Source: Nitrospirae bacterium YQR-1
GTDB taxonomy: Bacteria > Nitrospirota > Thermodesulfovibrionia > Thermodesulfovibrionales > Magnetobacteriaceae
Length of the DNA stretch: 64,000 bases
Reading direction: 5' to 3'
NCBI GenBank assembly: GCA_039908095.1
Contig: JAMOBJ010000002.1
Location: 23,331 to 87,330, forward strand
Below, one piece after another: positions 49,453 to 58,693 of the stretch (positions are counted from its first letter, which is position 1; the number at the start of each line of letters is the position of its first letter). The notes beneath the pieces were generated by a model. That model was not told the origin of the DNA. It made no database searches and was given only the letters and a program-made list of their open reading frames with translations. The position numbers and the translations under genes were made by a program.

Positions 49453-50365
49453 TACTATAGTTTTTTCCCTGATAGCTGCCGCTATCGGTAAACATCCGAT
49501 CAATGTCACGGATGATTTGTTGTCTTGTCTTATTCCATATGGGAGCAATCAGGATGTCATCAGGAGCAGTTGCAAAAAGCCTTTGAAGGATGAGGCGTGG
49601 AGAGAGCTTTTCTATAAATTCCAAAATAAAATTGAGATATTCCTCGTATGAAAAAACATAAAAATGTTTTTTTTCATAAATTCTGCATAATTCCGTGCCT
49701 TTTATTATTTGTAGTTGGTGGATTTTAAGAAAATTAACAGGTAAAGCCGAGATGAACCCTGCCATATCCATCATCTCCTGCCGGGTTTCGGTGGGAAAGC
49801 CAACTATAATATGAGCGCTGATGTTGGTAAGTCCCATTTTAGCCGATAGTTCAATTGTCTTGAGAAAGCACTCATAATCGTGCCCTCTGTTTATAAAACT
49901 AAGGGTTTTATCATAGACAGACTGAATGCCGTACTCGATTAAAACAAAATAATCTTTTGAAATTTCCTTCAGGAGTTCCAGTTTTTCCTTATCAACAGAG
50001 TCGGGGCGCGTTCCTATGGCTATACCGATTACATTGGGATGAGACAGGGACTGGTAATATAGCCGTCTTAACTCATCTACGTGGGCATAGGTGTTTGTAT
50101 AGGGTTGAAAATATGCAATAAATTTCTTAGCCTTATAACGTTTAGAGAGGTAGGCGATACCGTTTTCCACCTGTTTGTCAACACCGAGAGCGGGTTTACA
50201 TGCCTCGGGCCTGAAGCTGTCGTTGTTACAGTAAATGCAGCCGCCATAGCCCGCTGTCCCGTCTCTGTTTGGGCAGGTAAATCCGGCATCAACATTTACT
50301 TTATATACTGTTTCACCATAGAGCGATTTCATGTAAGGGCCAAAGGAGTTAAAACCAGCCTTCAT
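49427..50365 (-). CDS. TIGR01212-family radical SAM protein (YhcC/YtqA-like)
   Basis: FTCPNRDGTAGYGGCIYCNN cluster motif and overall family-like length. Confidence 0.88.
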   Translation of the reverse strand: MKAGFNSFGPYMKSLYGETVYKVNVDAGFTCPNRDGTAGYGGCIYCNNDSFRPEACKPALGVDKQVENGIAYLSKRYKAKKFIAYFQPYTNTYAHVDELRRLYYQSLSHPNVIGIAIGTRPDSVDKEKLELLKEISKDYFVLIEYGIQSVYDKTLSFINRGHDYECFLKTIELSAKMGLTNISAHIIVGFPTETRQEMMDMAGFISALPVNFLKIHQLQIIKGTELCRIYEKKHFYVFSYEEYLNFILEFIEKLSPRLILQRLFATAPDDILIAPIWNKTRQQIIRDIDRMFTDSGSYQGKNYSNTELHSFD

Positions 50366-51252
50366 AACTTAGTATCTTTTTTTATGCAGCCGGCAGTCTT
50401 GCAAGCTCTGCTTAACTCTGCGACAAACAATTCATATGGATAGCCGGCATTAAGGCGCATATTGATGTGCAGCATAAGATGGGATATAAAGGCCTCAAGC
50501 GGAGCATTTCCCTTACATAAACCATAATTTACGGCACCGTTGAACTTTTCATCAATGGCGTCACCGAGGCCGCTCATTATTTTCAATGCTCCTGCCGTGT
50601 CTGCCCTTACAATTTTACCCACAAAATCAAAAATATTAAAGTCCTTACTGCCCAGGCATGTTTCGTAAGTGTCTGCAAGAGAGATATTCTTATTACCCAA
50701 AAGACTAAGTTTTTCTATTTCGTTACTAAGGAGCTGCAAGTCATCACCATAGATTTCCTTTAAAAATTCCACAGCCTGAGCCTCAATAGCAATTCCCCTC
50801 TTCTGTCCCTCACTCTTTATCCAATCATTAAGGGCAAATTTGCCGGGCAGTGTCAGTTTAAGCAGTTTAAACTGACCGGTAAACTTCACGGCATCGTCCT
50901 TTTTCCCGCCTCCCTGTGGCAATGCATAAAAAAGAAACAGTGTCGAGCCCTCTGATGGATTAGATACATATCTGTTAAGGACATCCAGTTCTTTAGCTTT
51001 AAGTTTTTGAACATTTCTGATTGCAGCCATTGTTTTGTTTGAAAACATGGACACCATACGAAGGCTCTCCGATATGGATGATATAGAAAAAGGCTGCTCT
51101 GTCTCTAAAACGTCATAAATATCCATGGAAAAAGCATTATCTCTGATAATAGAAAGAGCCTGTTTTTCAAAAAAAGGATCATCGTAAAGAAGCACATAAA
51201 CAGGCTCTGGAAATCCCTGCTGTTTATCCTCATTAAGTGCTTTTAAGCTCAT
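50362..51252 (-). CDS. holA: DNA polymerase III subunit delta
   Basis: Position in the conserved leuS-lptE-holA order. N-terminal VYVLLYDDPFF. Sequence is divergent. Confidence 0.75.
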   Translation of the reverse strand: MSLKALNEDKQQGFPEPVYVLLYDDPFFEKQALSIIRDNAFSMDIYDVLETEQPFSISSISESLRMVSMFSNKTMAAIRNVQKLKAKELDVLNRYVSNPSEGSTLFLFYALPQGGGKKDDAVKFTGQFKLLKLTLPGKFALNDWIKSEGQKRGIAIEAQAVEFLKEIYGDDLQLLSNEIEKLSLLGNKNISLADTYETCLGSKDFNIFDFVGKIVRADTAGALKIMSGLGDAIDEKFNGAVNYGLCKGNAPLEAFISHLMLHINMRLNAGYPYELFVAELSRACKTAGCIKKDTKL

Positions 51253-51267
51253 TACCTATGTCAATCC

Positions 51268-51783
51268 TTATTGCGAAATTAAAATCTCAAAAACCAGTGA
51301 GGCGGCAAGGCGTTTAACAGCTTCCGCAGCGGCTGTCTCTTTTGAGGCTACTATTGCATTTACGGTGTCAGGGCCGTAAAAGGACTCATAAAAGGGAGAT
51401 GTGACTCCTTTAAACTCTCTATTTTTCCCATCCCTGCCCTTTATTACAAAATCCCCCTTTAAATCTATCTTATACTCAGAGGCATACTTTTTCTTTTCAG
51501 AAACAATTACCAACTGAAAGTAATTAATATTACCTTCAATGGTATTTTCCGAAAAGTCTGTTACAGATACACCTCTTTTTAAAAGCTCCTCCGCTAAGGC
51601 AACATAAAATATGTCCTCAAGTTTAGGCTCCGACGTGGTGTTTTGTATTTTCCCAACCTTTACTGTGGTAAAGGGTAAAGAAGAGCCGCCTAAAACCCTG
51701 TATCCACATCCTGAAAGACACAAACACAGCAGTGAAAAGGTTATTACACCAAAAAGCTGTTTAAGCACTAATTTGTTAACCAT
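51268..51783 (-). CDS. lptE: LPS-assembly lipoprotein LptE-like
   Basis: Lipobox LSGC followed by GYRV. 171 aa. Located between leuS and holA as in many proteobacteria. Confidence 0.65.
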   Translation of the reverse strand: MVNKLVLKQLFGVITFSLLCLCLSGCGYRVLGGSSLPFTTVKVGKIQNTTSEPKLEDIFYVALAEELLKRGVSVTDFSENTIEGNINYFQLVIVSEKKKYASEYKIDLKGDFVIKGRDGKNREFKGVTSPFYESFYGPDTVNAIVASKETAAAEAVKRLAASLVFEILISQ

Positions 51784-51794
51784 GTGAGCACCTT

Positions 51795-54323
51795 CTAACC
51801 ACTCTCCAGTACAATATTAACAAGCCTGCCCTTAACGGCACGCACCTGCTTAATCTTTTTACCGGCAATGTAGTCCTGTATTTTATCGAGATTAAGTGCG
51901 GCTTTAGTCAGGGCTTCATCATCGGTATCGGCGGCAATCATCATCTTTGCTCTGACCTTTCCGCCAATTTGAACCACAAGCTCAACTTCCTCTTCCTTTG
52001 CTGCATTTTCATCATACACCGGCCACTGTGTTAAAAATATTGACTTTCCATCACCCAACACTACCCAAAGCTCTTCACACAGGTGTGGTGCAAAAGGGCT
52101 AAGCAGTAATGTAAGAGATTTAAAGGCAAACTTCAGAGCGGCGTAATCAGCCACATCTGAGGGTTTAAAGGCAGATATATCATTAAGAAGCTCCATCAAG
52201 GAAGCAATCGCCGTGTTAAAGTGGTAGTCCCGTTCTATTGCACCTGTCACCTTCTTTATTGTCTGATGGGTTTTTCTTACAAGTTTGCCGGATAATTTCT
52301 CAGGTTTTATATTAACTGTCTTCAATTCATCGGCATAGTTATAAAGCAGGCCCCAGAGCCTGTTAAGAAATCTGTAGGCCCCTTCAACACCCTGTACCGA
52401 CCACTCGATGTCCTTTTCCGGAGGGGCGGCAAACAGGGAAAACACCCGTGCTGTATCGGCTCCATAGCGGCTGGTTATCTCATCAGGAGTTACCAGATTC
52501 TTCTTTGACTTGGACATCTTCTCAGTGCGTCCTCGTATCACAGGCATTTTGCAGTGCAGACACTTTCCGTTTTGGATTTCATTGGGAAAAAGCCAGCCGT
52601 GCTCATTACATTTTAACGTTTCCTTACAGACCATTCCTTGCGTAAGAAGGTTTGTAAAGGGCTCATCAAAATCCACAACGCCTATATCTCTGAGGGCACG
52701 GCTGAAAAACCTTGAATACAGAAGATGCAGCACTGCATGTTCAACACCACCGATATATTGGTCAACAGGCATAAACCATGATATGTTGTCCTTATCCAGC
52801 GGAGCTGACTCTTTTGGGTTACAGTACCTTATAAAATACCATGAGGAATCCACAAAGGTATCCATCGTGTCGGTCTCACGTCTTGCATTTTTTCCACAGG
52901 CCGGGCAAGCGGTGTTTAAAAACTCAGGAACTTCTGAAAGCGGTGAGCCGCCCATTCCCTTTAGTTTAACATTGTCGGGCAGGATTACCGGAAGGTCTTT
53001 CTCCTCTACAGGTACAACACCGCATGTGGTGCAGTAAACAACCGGTATAGGGGTTCCCCAATATCGTTGTCTTGATATGCCCCAGTCTCTTAACTTGTAG
53101 TTGGTAACAATCTTGCCCATGGAGGCATTTTCTATGTAGAGGCCGATTTGCTCAATTGCCGTCCTATTCTGAAGTCCGCTGAATTGTTCTGAATCTATAA
53201 GATACCCCTCACCCTCGTATGCCTGTTGTAACTCAGCGGAGGTAGAGGCATCCTTGTCACTTACGATTACCTGAGTTACCGGAAGCCCGTACTTTTTTGC
53301 GAAATCGTAATCTCTTTGGTCGTGGGCAGGCACTGACATAATGGCTCCTGTGCCGTAGTCCAACAGGACAAAGTTAGCGGTGTAAATGGGAATTTCCCGC
53401 CCATTTATCGGATTAACAGCATATTTACCGGTGAAGAGCCCCACTTTTTCATCCTCTTTGCCATAAAAGGACTTTACCGTTTCAAGGCCTGCCTTATCTT
53501 CAGTTATAATATCAGCCAGTGGATGTATTGGGGCAAGGCACACAAAAGTGGCGCCAAAGAGGGTATCAGGGCGAGTGGTAAAAATTCTTATTTTTAAATC
53601 TGAGCCGGCCACAGGGAAGTCCATTTCCACGCCGCGGCTTTTGCCTATCCAGTTTCTTTGCATGGCAACCACGTGCTGGGGCCAGCCACTTAGTGTGTCG
53701 CAGGCGGTTAATAGCTCATCGGCATAGGCGGTTATTTTAAAAAACCACTGCTCAAGTTCTTTTTGTTGCACAACAGTGTCACATCTCCAACACCGGGTGT
53801 CTATAACCTGCTCATTAGCAAGCACTGTAGCACAGTGTCCGCACCAGTTAACAAAAGAGTTTTTCTTATAAGCAAGTTCTTTTTCAAGAAGTTTAATAAA
53901 AAACCACTGGTTCCATTTATAGTACTCCGGTGTGCATGTGGTGACCTCTCTGTCCCAGTCGTAGCTGCAGCCGATTTTGTTTATTTGTGCTTTCATGTAT
54001 TCAATATTTTCAAAAGTCCATTTATACGGAGCAATGCCGCTGTTAATAGCCGCATTTTCAGCAGGCAGACCAAAGGCATCCCATCCCATGGGGTGGAGCA
54101 CATTATATCCCCTCATTCTTTTGTAGCGGGTAATGACGTCGCCGATTACGTAATTTCTGATGTGTCCCATGTGGATTTTCCCTGAGGGATAGGGAAACAT
54201 CTCAAGGCAGTAGAACTTGGGCTTATCTCTGTCAGAGTCAGCCTTATTTAACCCTGCCTCAAGCCAGTACTTTTGCCACTTTGACTCTATACCTAAAGGA
54301 TTATACTTTTCTTCCAAAAACAC
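51795..54323 (-). CDS. leuS: Leucine--tRNA ligase
   Basis: PYPSGKIHMGHIRNY (HIGH) and KMSKSKKN (KMSKS). The start could be TTG 54317, given the GGAGG position. Confidence 0.97.
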   Translation of the reverse strand: MFLEEKYNPLGIESKWQKYWLEAGLNKADSDRDKPKFYCLEMFPYPSGKIHMGHIRNYVIGDVITRYKRMRGYNVLHPMGWDAFGLPAENAAINSGIAPYKWTFENIEYMKAQINKIGCSYDWDREVTTCTPEYYKWNQWFFIKLLEKELAYKKNSFVNWCGHCATVLANEQVIDTRCWRCDTVVQQKELEQWFFKITAYADELLTACDTLSGWPQHVVAMQRNWIGKSRGVEMDFPVAGSDLKIRIFTTRPDTLFGATFVCLAPIHPLADIITEDKAGLETVKSFYGKEDEKVGLFTGKYAVNPINGREIPIYTANFVLLDYGTGAIMSVPAHDQRDYDFAKKYGLPVTQVIVSDKDASTSAELQQAYEGEGYLIDSEQFSGLQNRTAIEQIGLYIENASMGKIVTNYKLRDWGISRQRYWGTPIPVVYCTTCGVVPVEEKDLPVILPDNVKLKGMGGSPLSEVPEFLNTACPACGKNARRETDTMDTFVDSSWYFIRYCNPKESAPLDKDNISWFMPVDQYIGGVEHAVLHLLYSRFFSRALRDIGVVDFDEPFTNLLTQGMVCKETLKCNEHGWLFPNEIQNGKCLHCKMPVIRGRTEKMSKSKKNLVTPDEITSRYGADTARVFSLFAAPPEKDIEWSVQGVEGAYRFLNRLWGLLYNYADELKTVNIKPEKLSGKLVRKTHQTIKKVTGAIERDYHFNTAIASLMELLNDISAFKPSDVADYAALKFAFKSLTLLLSPFAPHLCEELWVVLGDGKSIFLTQWPVYDENAAKEEEVELVVQIGGKVRAKMMIAADTDDEALTKAALNLDKIQDYIAGKKIKQVRAVKGRLVNIVLESG

Positions 54324-54525
54324 CCCTCCACTAGTAAAATTACTTTAGCAACATTTATATTAAACTACTAAGCGTAGCAAAGTAAATATTTTAATTGTTC
54401 CCGAAAAACGACACAGAGGTAAGAAAAACGAGCAAAGATATAGTAGAAAAAAATGGATAGGTCTGCTGTGATCTGAAATTTCCGCTCAAAAACCACTTTT
54501 AGCGGGCTGCCGGTTTTTCTATATC

Positions 54526-54573
54526 GGATTTCGGGGATGCGCCTTGACTTTCAAATAGCATTACGGATATCAT
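54526..54573 (+). promoter_or_regulatory. GGATTTCGGG motif followed by TTGACT-18-TATCAT promoter
   Basis: Motif 54526-54535, TTGACT 54544-54549, TATCAT 54568-54573. The ORF start at 54577 would make the mRNA almost leaderless. Confidence 0.4.
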
Positions 54574-54576
54574 CTC

Positions 54577-56535
54577 TTGGTGGAAAAGGCTAAAAAACAT
54601 CTGCTTTTTGCTTTGTTAATAATAACACTGATAAAGCTGTTTTTAGTTTCCAACATGTTAATACTTGTCAGCGGCTATTCCACCCACGATGATGCTCTCT
54701 TTGTAAGGCTTGCCTCCAATATTCTCAGTGGAGGCTGGCTTGGCCCTTATGATGAATATACACTTATCAAGGGCGTGGTTTATCCATTGTTCATTGCCTT
54801 AAACTTTTCAGTAGGCTTTCCTCTTCTTCTTACTCAACAGCTTCTTTACATTTTTGCCGGGTTGTTTTTTTTATATACAATATCTCATGTTACAAAAAAC
54901 ACTGTTATATTAACCGCTATTTTTGTTTTTTATACTTTTTTCCCACTCCTTACCTCCATGGACTTTACCAGAGTTGTAAGAGACAGTGTTTATATTTCTG
55001 AAATGATGCTTTTGTTTTCGTCTCTTTTTGGATTGCTTCTTTTTAGGAATTTTAAATGGGCTGTCTATACAGGACTTTCACTGTCTATGTTTTGGTTTAC
55101 ACGTGAGGAAGGAGTTTGGGTGATACCGTCAGTTGCATTTACTTATTTTGTTATTATTTTAAACCTTAGAAATAACGGCAAAGGTACTCTCTTAAAGACA
55201 ATCCTGATATTAACCGTCCCATTTGCAATGCTATTGTTTTTTTCAAGTTTAATTTCTTATGTCAATATGAAGCACTATGGTATATACACTACAAATGAGT
55301 TCAAATACAAACCATATCTCAAAGCGTATGGTGCATTAACGAGGGTAACCCCTAAAGAATGGACACCAAAAGTATCTCTCCAGACCTCCACTATGGATGA
55401 AATCGCAAAGCACAGTCCTGCCTTTTCAAAAATAAAAGCTAATATTGACAGAGGATGGTTCAGAGGATATGAGGAGATTTCAGGAGGAAACTTTCCATGG
55501 TGTTTAAGAAACATGGTTGCACGAGCAGGTTACTATAAATCAGCAAAGAGCACCTCGGAATTCTACGAACTGCTTGCTGCTGAGATTAATAACTTGTGTG
55601 ATAGCAAAGTGCTGAATTGCAGCCACAGGTTTGATATCCTCTTGCCCCCCATTTGGAAATATGACATACATGACTTTATGACAACTTTGTTTACTGCTGG
55701 AATCAATGCCGCTACTTTTACCTTTTCAGTGCCAAATGAGTTACTAAGATCCACTGGTGATGCAAGTTCGCTTTCTCTTTTTCAAACAATCACTAATAAC
55801 ATAATTCATCCACCACATAAAACCGGCAAATGCAAGGTTACAGGCTGGGCATTTAAAAAGAATTCAGCTCCTCTTGAGTTAAAACTAAAATCTTCCACTA
55901 CCGCCCCTTGTCTTTATCAAATTTCTTTTTCTGAGAAACTACGAGGCTTTGATGTTGTAGCTATGTTTAACGCCCCATCGGCGGAGTGGTCACGATTTTA
56001 TATCGAAACAAAATACGACCACCTTTGCTCGCTTGGCTTTTATGACAACTCATCGATGTTGGTCGCTGAGGCGCCAATATCTCATCTCCCTGATGTATTA
56101 TACATCTACGATAGTAACGTAAAGGTGCATTTTGATAAGGTGGCTTTCGACACTGATGTTGACTTTGAAAAAACTTATAATATCATAAAAAAAATGCCGA
56201 TATTTAAGTATCGTATTCTCAACTTCATTGCTACTATATACAACACCATTTTCCCCTATAGTTGCATTTTAGCCTTATTATGCTATTTTGTTAATTTGTT
56301 TATATTTAGAAAATATACAATGCTGTTCTTTTTTAACACAACTCTCATAGTTGGAATTATAAGTCGTCTTTTAATTATTTCGATAATAGATATGACGTTT
56401 TTTCCTACTATTAATGTTAATTTATACATGGCTCCGGCCACATTTTTGCTTAGTCTTTTTACTCCACTGAGTATTTTGGATAGTCTCTTCAAGATATTCA
56501 GGGTTAATGTCAGGCACGGAGCTATTCAGAGCTAA
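54577..56535 (+). CDS. Large polytopic membrane protein, possibly a GT-C-type glycosyltransferase
   Basis: Many TM segments at both ends. HDDALF lies in the first extracytoplasmic loop (the GT-C acidic motif position). ~300-aa soluble middle. AT-rich. Confidence 0.7.
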   Translation: MVEKAKKHLLFALLIITLIKLFLVSNMLILVSGYSTHDDALFVRLASNILSGGWLGPYDEYTLIKGVVYPLFIALNFSVGFPLLLTQQLLYIFAGLFFLYTISHVTKNTVILTAIFVFYTFFPLLTSMDFTRVVRDSVYISEMMLLFSSLFGLLLFRNFKWAVYTGLSLSMFWFTREEGVWVIPSVAFTYFVIILNLRNNGKGTLLKTILILTVPFAMLLFFSSLISYVNMKHYGIYTTNEFKYKPYLKAYGALTRVTPKEWTPKVSLQTSTMDEIAKHSPAFSKIKANIDRGWFRGYEEISGGNFPWCLRNMVARAGYYKSAKSTSEFYELLAAEINNLCDSKVLNCSHRFDILLPPIWKYDIHDFMTTLFTAGINAATFTFSVPNELLRSTGDASSLSLFQTITNNIIHPPHKTGKCKVTGWAFKKNSAPLELKLKSSTTAPCLYQISFSEKLRGFDVVAMFNAPSAEWSRFYIETKYDHLCSLGFYDNSSMLVAEAPISHLPDVLYIYDSNVKVHFDKVAFDTDVDFEKTYNIIKKMPIFKYRILNFIATIYNTIFPYSCILALLCYFVNLFIFRKYTMLFFFNTTLIVGIISRLLIISIIDMTFFPTINVNLYMAPATFLLSLFTPLSILDSLFKIFRVNVRHGAIQS

Positions 56536-56537
56536 TA

Positions 56538-56647
56538 GCCCCCTTTGAAGGGGGTTTGGGGGTAGAAGTCTCCCTCATGGGAGATTTAGAGGGTGGTTTT
56601 TACTGTGTCATACGAATATTATTGGTACATATCGGACAGCTCAAGAT
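56538..56647 (-). repeat. Second repeat family (~110 bp), copy 2 (inverted)
   Basis: Reverse complement of 33162-33272. The terminal hairpin differs (CCCCC-tttgaa-GGGGG vs CCTCCC-tcaa-GGGAGG), but pairing is kept. Confidence 0.8.
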
Positions 56648-56707
56648 AGGGGGGAGGCGCCGCTTTCTCCCAGCCGCCTGTGTTTACTTCTGACTGCAAC
56701 TTGGTAT
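56648..56707 (+). repeat. MITE right half (variant arm)
   Basis: AGGGGGGAGGCGCCGCTTTCTCCCAGCCGCCTGTGTTTACTTCTGACTGCAACTTGGTAT. Confidence 0.7.
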
Positions 56708-56811
56708 CAATTGGTCTAATACAGAAATTTTTTCTTTCAGCAGGAACATTTTTCTTATAAGACATCTGAAAAAGTGTGTTACCCTCAGGTAACCAATTGC
56801 TTTACCACCTA

Positions 56812-56951
56812 ATACCAAGTTGCATTCATTCGATTAGCTTTGTTGGCTTCGTCGAAAGCTCCTTGACGTCTCCCTTAAAGGGGAATCCCCTATGAGGGGA
56901 GGCGTCGCTTTTTCCAGCCGCCTGTGTTTACTTCTGACTGCTACTTGGTAT
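56812..56951 (+). mobile_element. MITE-like element, full copy (140 bp, variant right arm)
   Basis: ATACCAAGTTGCATTCATTCGATTAGC...CCAGCCGCCTGTGTTTACTTCTGACTGCTACTTGGTAT. Confidence 0.8.
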
Positions 56952-57012
56952 AAGGTTGCCTGAAGCACCGCCGGCAGTGTTAGCCGATGCTTTTAAGTTA
57001 CTACATTATTTC

Positions 57013-57028
57013 TGGCATGATTTTTGCA
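57013..57028 (+). promoter_or_regulatory. Sigma54 (RpoN) -24/-12 promoter TGGCATG-N4-TTGCA
   Basis: TGGCATGATTTTTGCA. GG at 57014-57015 and GC at 57026-57027, with canonical spacing. About 60 nt upstream of ATG 57088. Confidence 0.65.
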
Positions 57029-57087
57029 ACAACAATAACAATGTGTTTAGTGATACAAACTTTAATAAATGATTTAAGGAGGTTAAT

Positions 57088-57636
57088 ATGTCAGACATAA
57101 GCTCAGTAAGTACAGTAACATCAAACTCATCAACCAGCAGTAGTTCAACAAGTAAACTACAGGAAGTAGTTAATAATTTCGCACAAACTCTTCAAAAAGA
57201 GTATTTAACAGTTTGTGGCACTACTGACCGTGATAATGTTTTATCTGCTACAAAGTCATTTATGGAAAATGCTGATAGTGACGGCGACAGTTACTTAAGC
57301 TCAACAGAGGCAAGCACTGCAGGAATCAGCAGCGAAGATTTCACAACGATGGATGTAAATTCTGATGATAAAATAAGCACGGATGAGAGCATGTACACTT
57401 ATCTCAAAGACCGGGTAGATAACACTTCTAAATCTACAATAGTACAATATGATACCGACTCAGATGGGTACCTGAGCTCAACAGAGGCGGAGTCAATGGG
57501 TGTTGACTCAACAACATTTAACACACTGGACCATGATGCGGATGGGCAGGTAACTTATACCGATCTGACCATGAACTACAGTCCGGATTATCTGAACCAA
57601 AAATACCTGGCACTTGTAAACACAGTTAATTCTTAA
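57088..57636 (+). CDS. Acidic Ser-rich protein with four EF-hand calcium-binding loops
   Basis: DSDGDSYLSSTE, DVNSDDKISTDE, DTDSDGYLSSTE, DHDADGQVTYTD fit the 12-residue EF loop (positions 1,3,5,12 acidic; position 8 hydrophobic). AAGGAGG RBS. No signal peptide. Confidence 0.75.
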   Translation: MSDISSVSTVTSNSSTSSSSTSKLQEVVNNFAQTLQKEYLTVCGTTDRDNVLSATKSFMENADSDGDSYLSSTEASTAGISSEDFTTMDVNSDDKISTDESMYTYLKDRVDNTSKSTIVQYDTDSDGYLSSTEAESMGVDSTTFNTLDHDADGQVTYTDLTMNYSPDYLNQKYLALVNTVNS

Positions 57637-58037
57637 AATCTTAAGGAGAAACTATAGCAGGTGTAAATGACAAACGCTTAAACCGGTAGTAAGGTGCCCT
57701 CGTGCTTTAAGTAGTACCTTAGGCGATAGTATTAACACCTGTGTACGGAAAACAGGCAGGAGGGCAAAAGACTGTGATGTATAGAGGCCATGGAAGGCCG
57801 GTGAAACAATTTTGCCTTCTCTAACTGTGGTTGCACTCCTCACAAGCTCCGGGGCATACAAAACACTACTATGAGAAAGCTGTGCAACAATTATTACAGG
57901 TATGAGCAGCCCTTTTGATTTGGTGGTGTTTAATCAGAAATTACCCTGCCATGTACAGGATAACTTTTTTTCTTATTTTTTTCTATTGATAAATTCTATA
58001 TCTGTTGTTGTATTATATAAGCTGATAGTGACACAGT

Positions 58038-58124
58038 GGAGAGGTGGCTGAGCGGTTGAAAGCGACGGTCTTGAAAATCGTTGTAGGTGCAAATCTACCG
58101 TGGGTTCGAATCCCACCCTCTCCG
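58038..58124 (+). tRNA. tRNA-Ser (anticodon UGA)
   Basis: Acceptor GGAGAGG/CCTCTCC, 3-bp D stem, anticodon loop CTTGAAA, long variable arm, T loop GGTTCGAATCC. CCA is not encoded. Confidence 0.9.
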
Positions 58125-58315
58125 CTCCATAAGCCATTCTACAGTGTTTTTTTATTCAAATTTCATATAAACATCCCAGTGGATAACCACAAAAAAATCT
58201 TGTTTTAATGTGCGCTTCATTGGAATGTCCTTATTTAATAGTCAACATTGGTCAACGGCCTATTTTTGAATTTGAATTAAAAAACATTGTAGAATGGTAG
58301 CCAACATGGGTTTAT

Positions 58316-58392
58316 TGGCGCGCCCAGGAGGAGTCGAACCCCCAACCTTCGGATCCGTAGTCCGACGCTCTGTCCAGTTGAGCCATGGGCGC
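58316..58392 (-). tRNA. tRNA-Arg (anticodon ACG)
   Basis: Reverse complement reads GCGCCCATGGCTCAACTGGACAGAGCGTCGGACTACGGATCCGAAGGTTGGGGGTTCGACTCCTCCTGGGCGCGCCA. Cloverleaf folds, and CCA is encoded. Confidence 0.9.
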
Positions 58393-58400
58393 TATCGTTG

Positions 58401-58430
58401 ATTCTACCGCTACTGTAACCCTTTTGTCAA
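58401..58430 (-). promoter_or_regulatory. Sigma70 promoter TTGACA-18-TAGAAT for tRNA-Arg
   Basis: Minus strand: TTGACA (58430-58425), TAGAAT (58406-58401). The tRNA 5' end lies 8 nt downstream. Confidence 0.6.
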
Positions 58431-58495
58431 TACGTATGCATGTACCCGTTAAATACAGAGGATTTCTATGATTTCAGTCTTTATTATAAGCACTG

Positions 58496-58523
58496 TTAAG
58501 TTTTTCCAAAATACTACCGATAA
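58496..58523 (+). promoter_or_regulatory. Sigma28 (FliA)-type promoter TTAAGTTT-N12-ACCGATAA upstream of the flagellin locus
   Basis: -35 at 58496-58503 (7/8 to TAAAGTTT), -10 at 58516-58523 (7/8 to GCCGATAA). Same ACCGATAA as the promoter at 32026-32033. Confidence 0.55.
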
Positions 58524-58534
58524 ACTATTAAAAG

Positions 58535-58585
58535 CAGGAAAAAGGAAAGGAAAAAAAGGAAAGAAAGAAGACAAATAGAAGGCAA
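58535..58585 (+). promoter_or_regulatory. Purine tract with four closely spaced GGA motifs at the start of the predicted sigma28 transcript
   Basis: aGGAaaaaGGAaaGGAaaaaaaGGAaagaaagaag. GGA at 58537, 58544, 58549 and 58558. Confidence 0.35.
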
Positions 58586-58693
58586 TAAGTGTTAACAGTG
58601 TTTAGGTATTGTAAGGATACAGTACCGTAAAGCTCACTGGGCACGACAATAAAAAAGTAGTAAGTTAAATATTTGTTTTTAGGTTTAAAACGG

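Noticed and set aside
54324-54576. A T-box or other leader upstream of leuS.
   Set aside because: No T-box sequence (AGGGTGGNACCGCG-like) or specifier hairpin is discernible on the minus strand. The region is better explained by the divergent promoter of the membrane protein gene.
57986-58016. A sigma70 promoter for tRNA-Ser (TTGATA ... TATTAT).
   Set aside because: The spacer is 19 nt and no better -35/-10 pair is found. The promoter location is left unresolved.
57640-58037. The gap as a known RNA: cobalamin riboswitch (cbiB is nearby), SRP/4.5S, 6S, RNase P, tmRNA or c-di-GMP riboswitch.
   Set aside because: I could not find the B12 box (GCCACTG), the SRP GGAA/AGCA helix-8 motif, the RNase P GAGGAAAGTCC, or tmRNA tRNA-like ends. 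It is kept only as an unclassified structure candidate.
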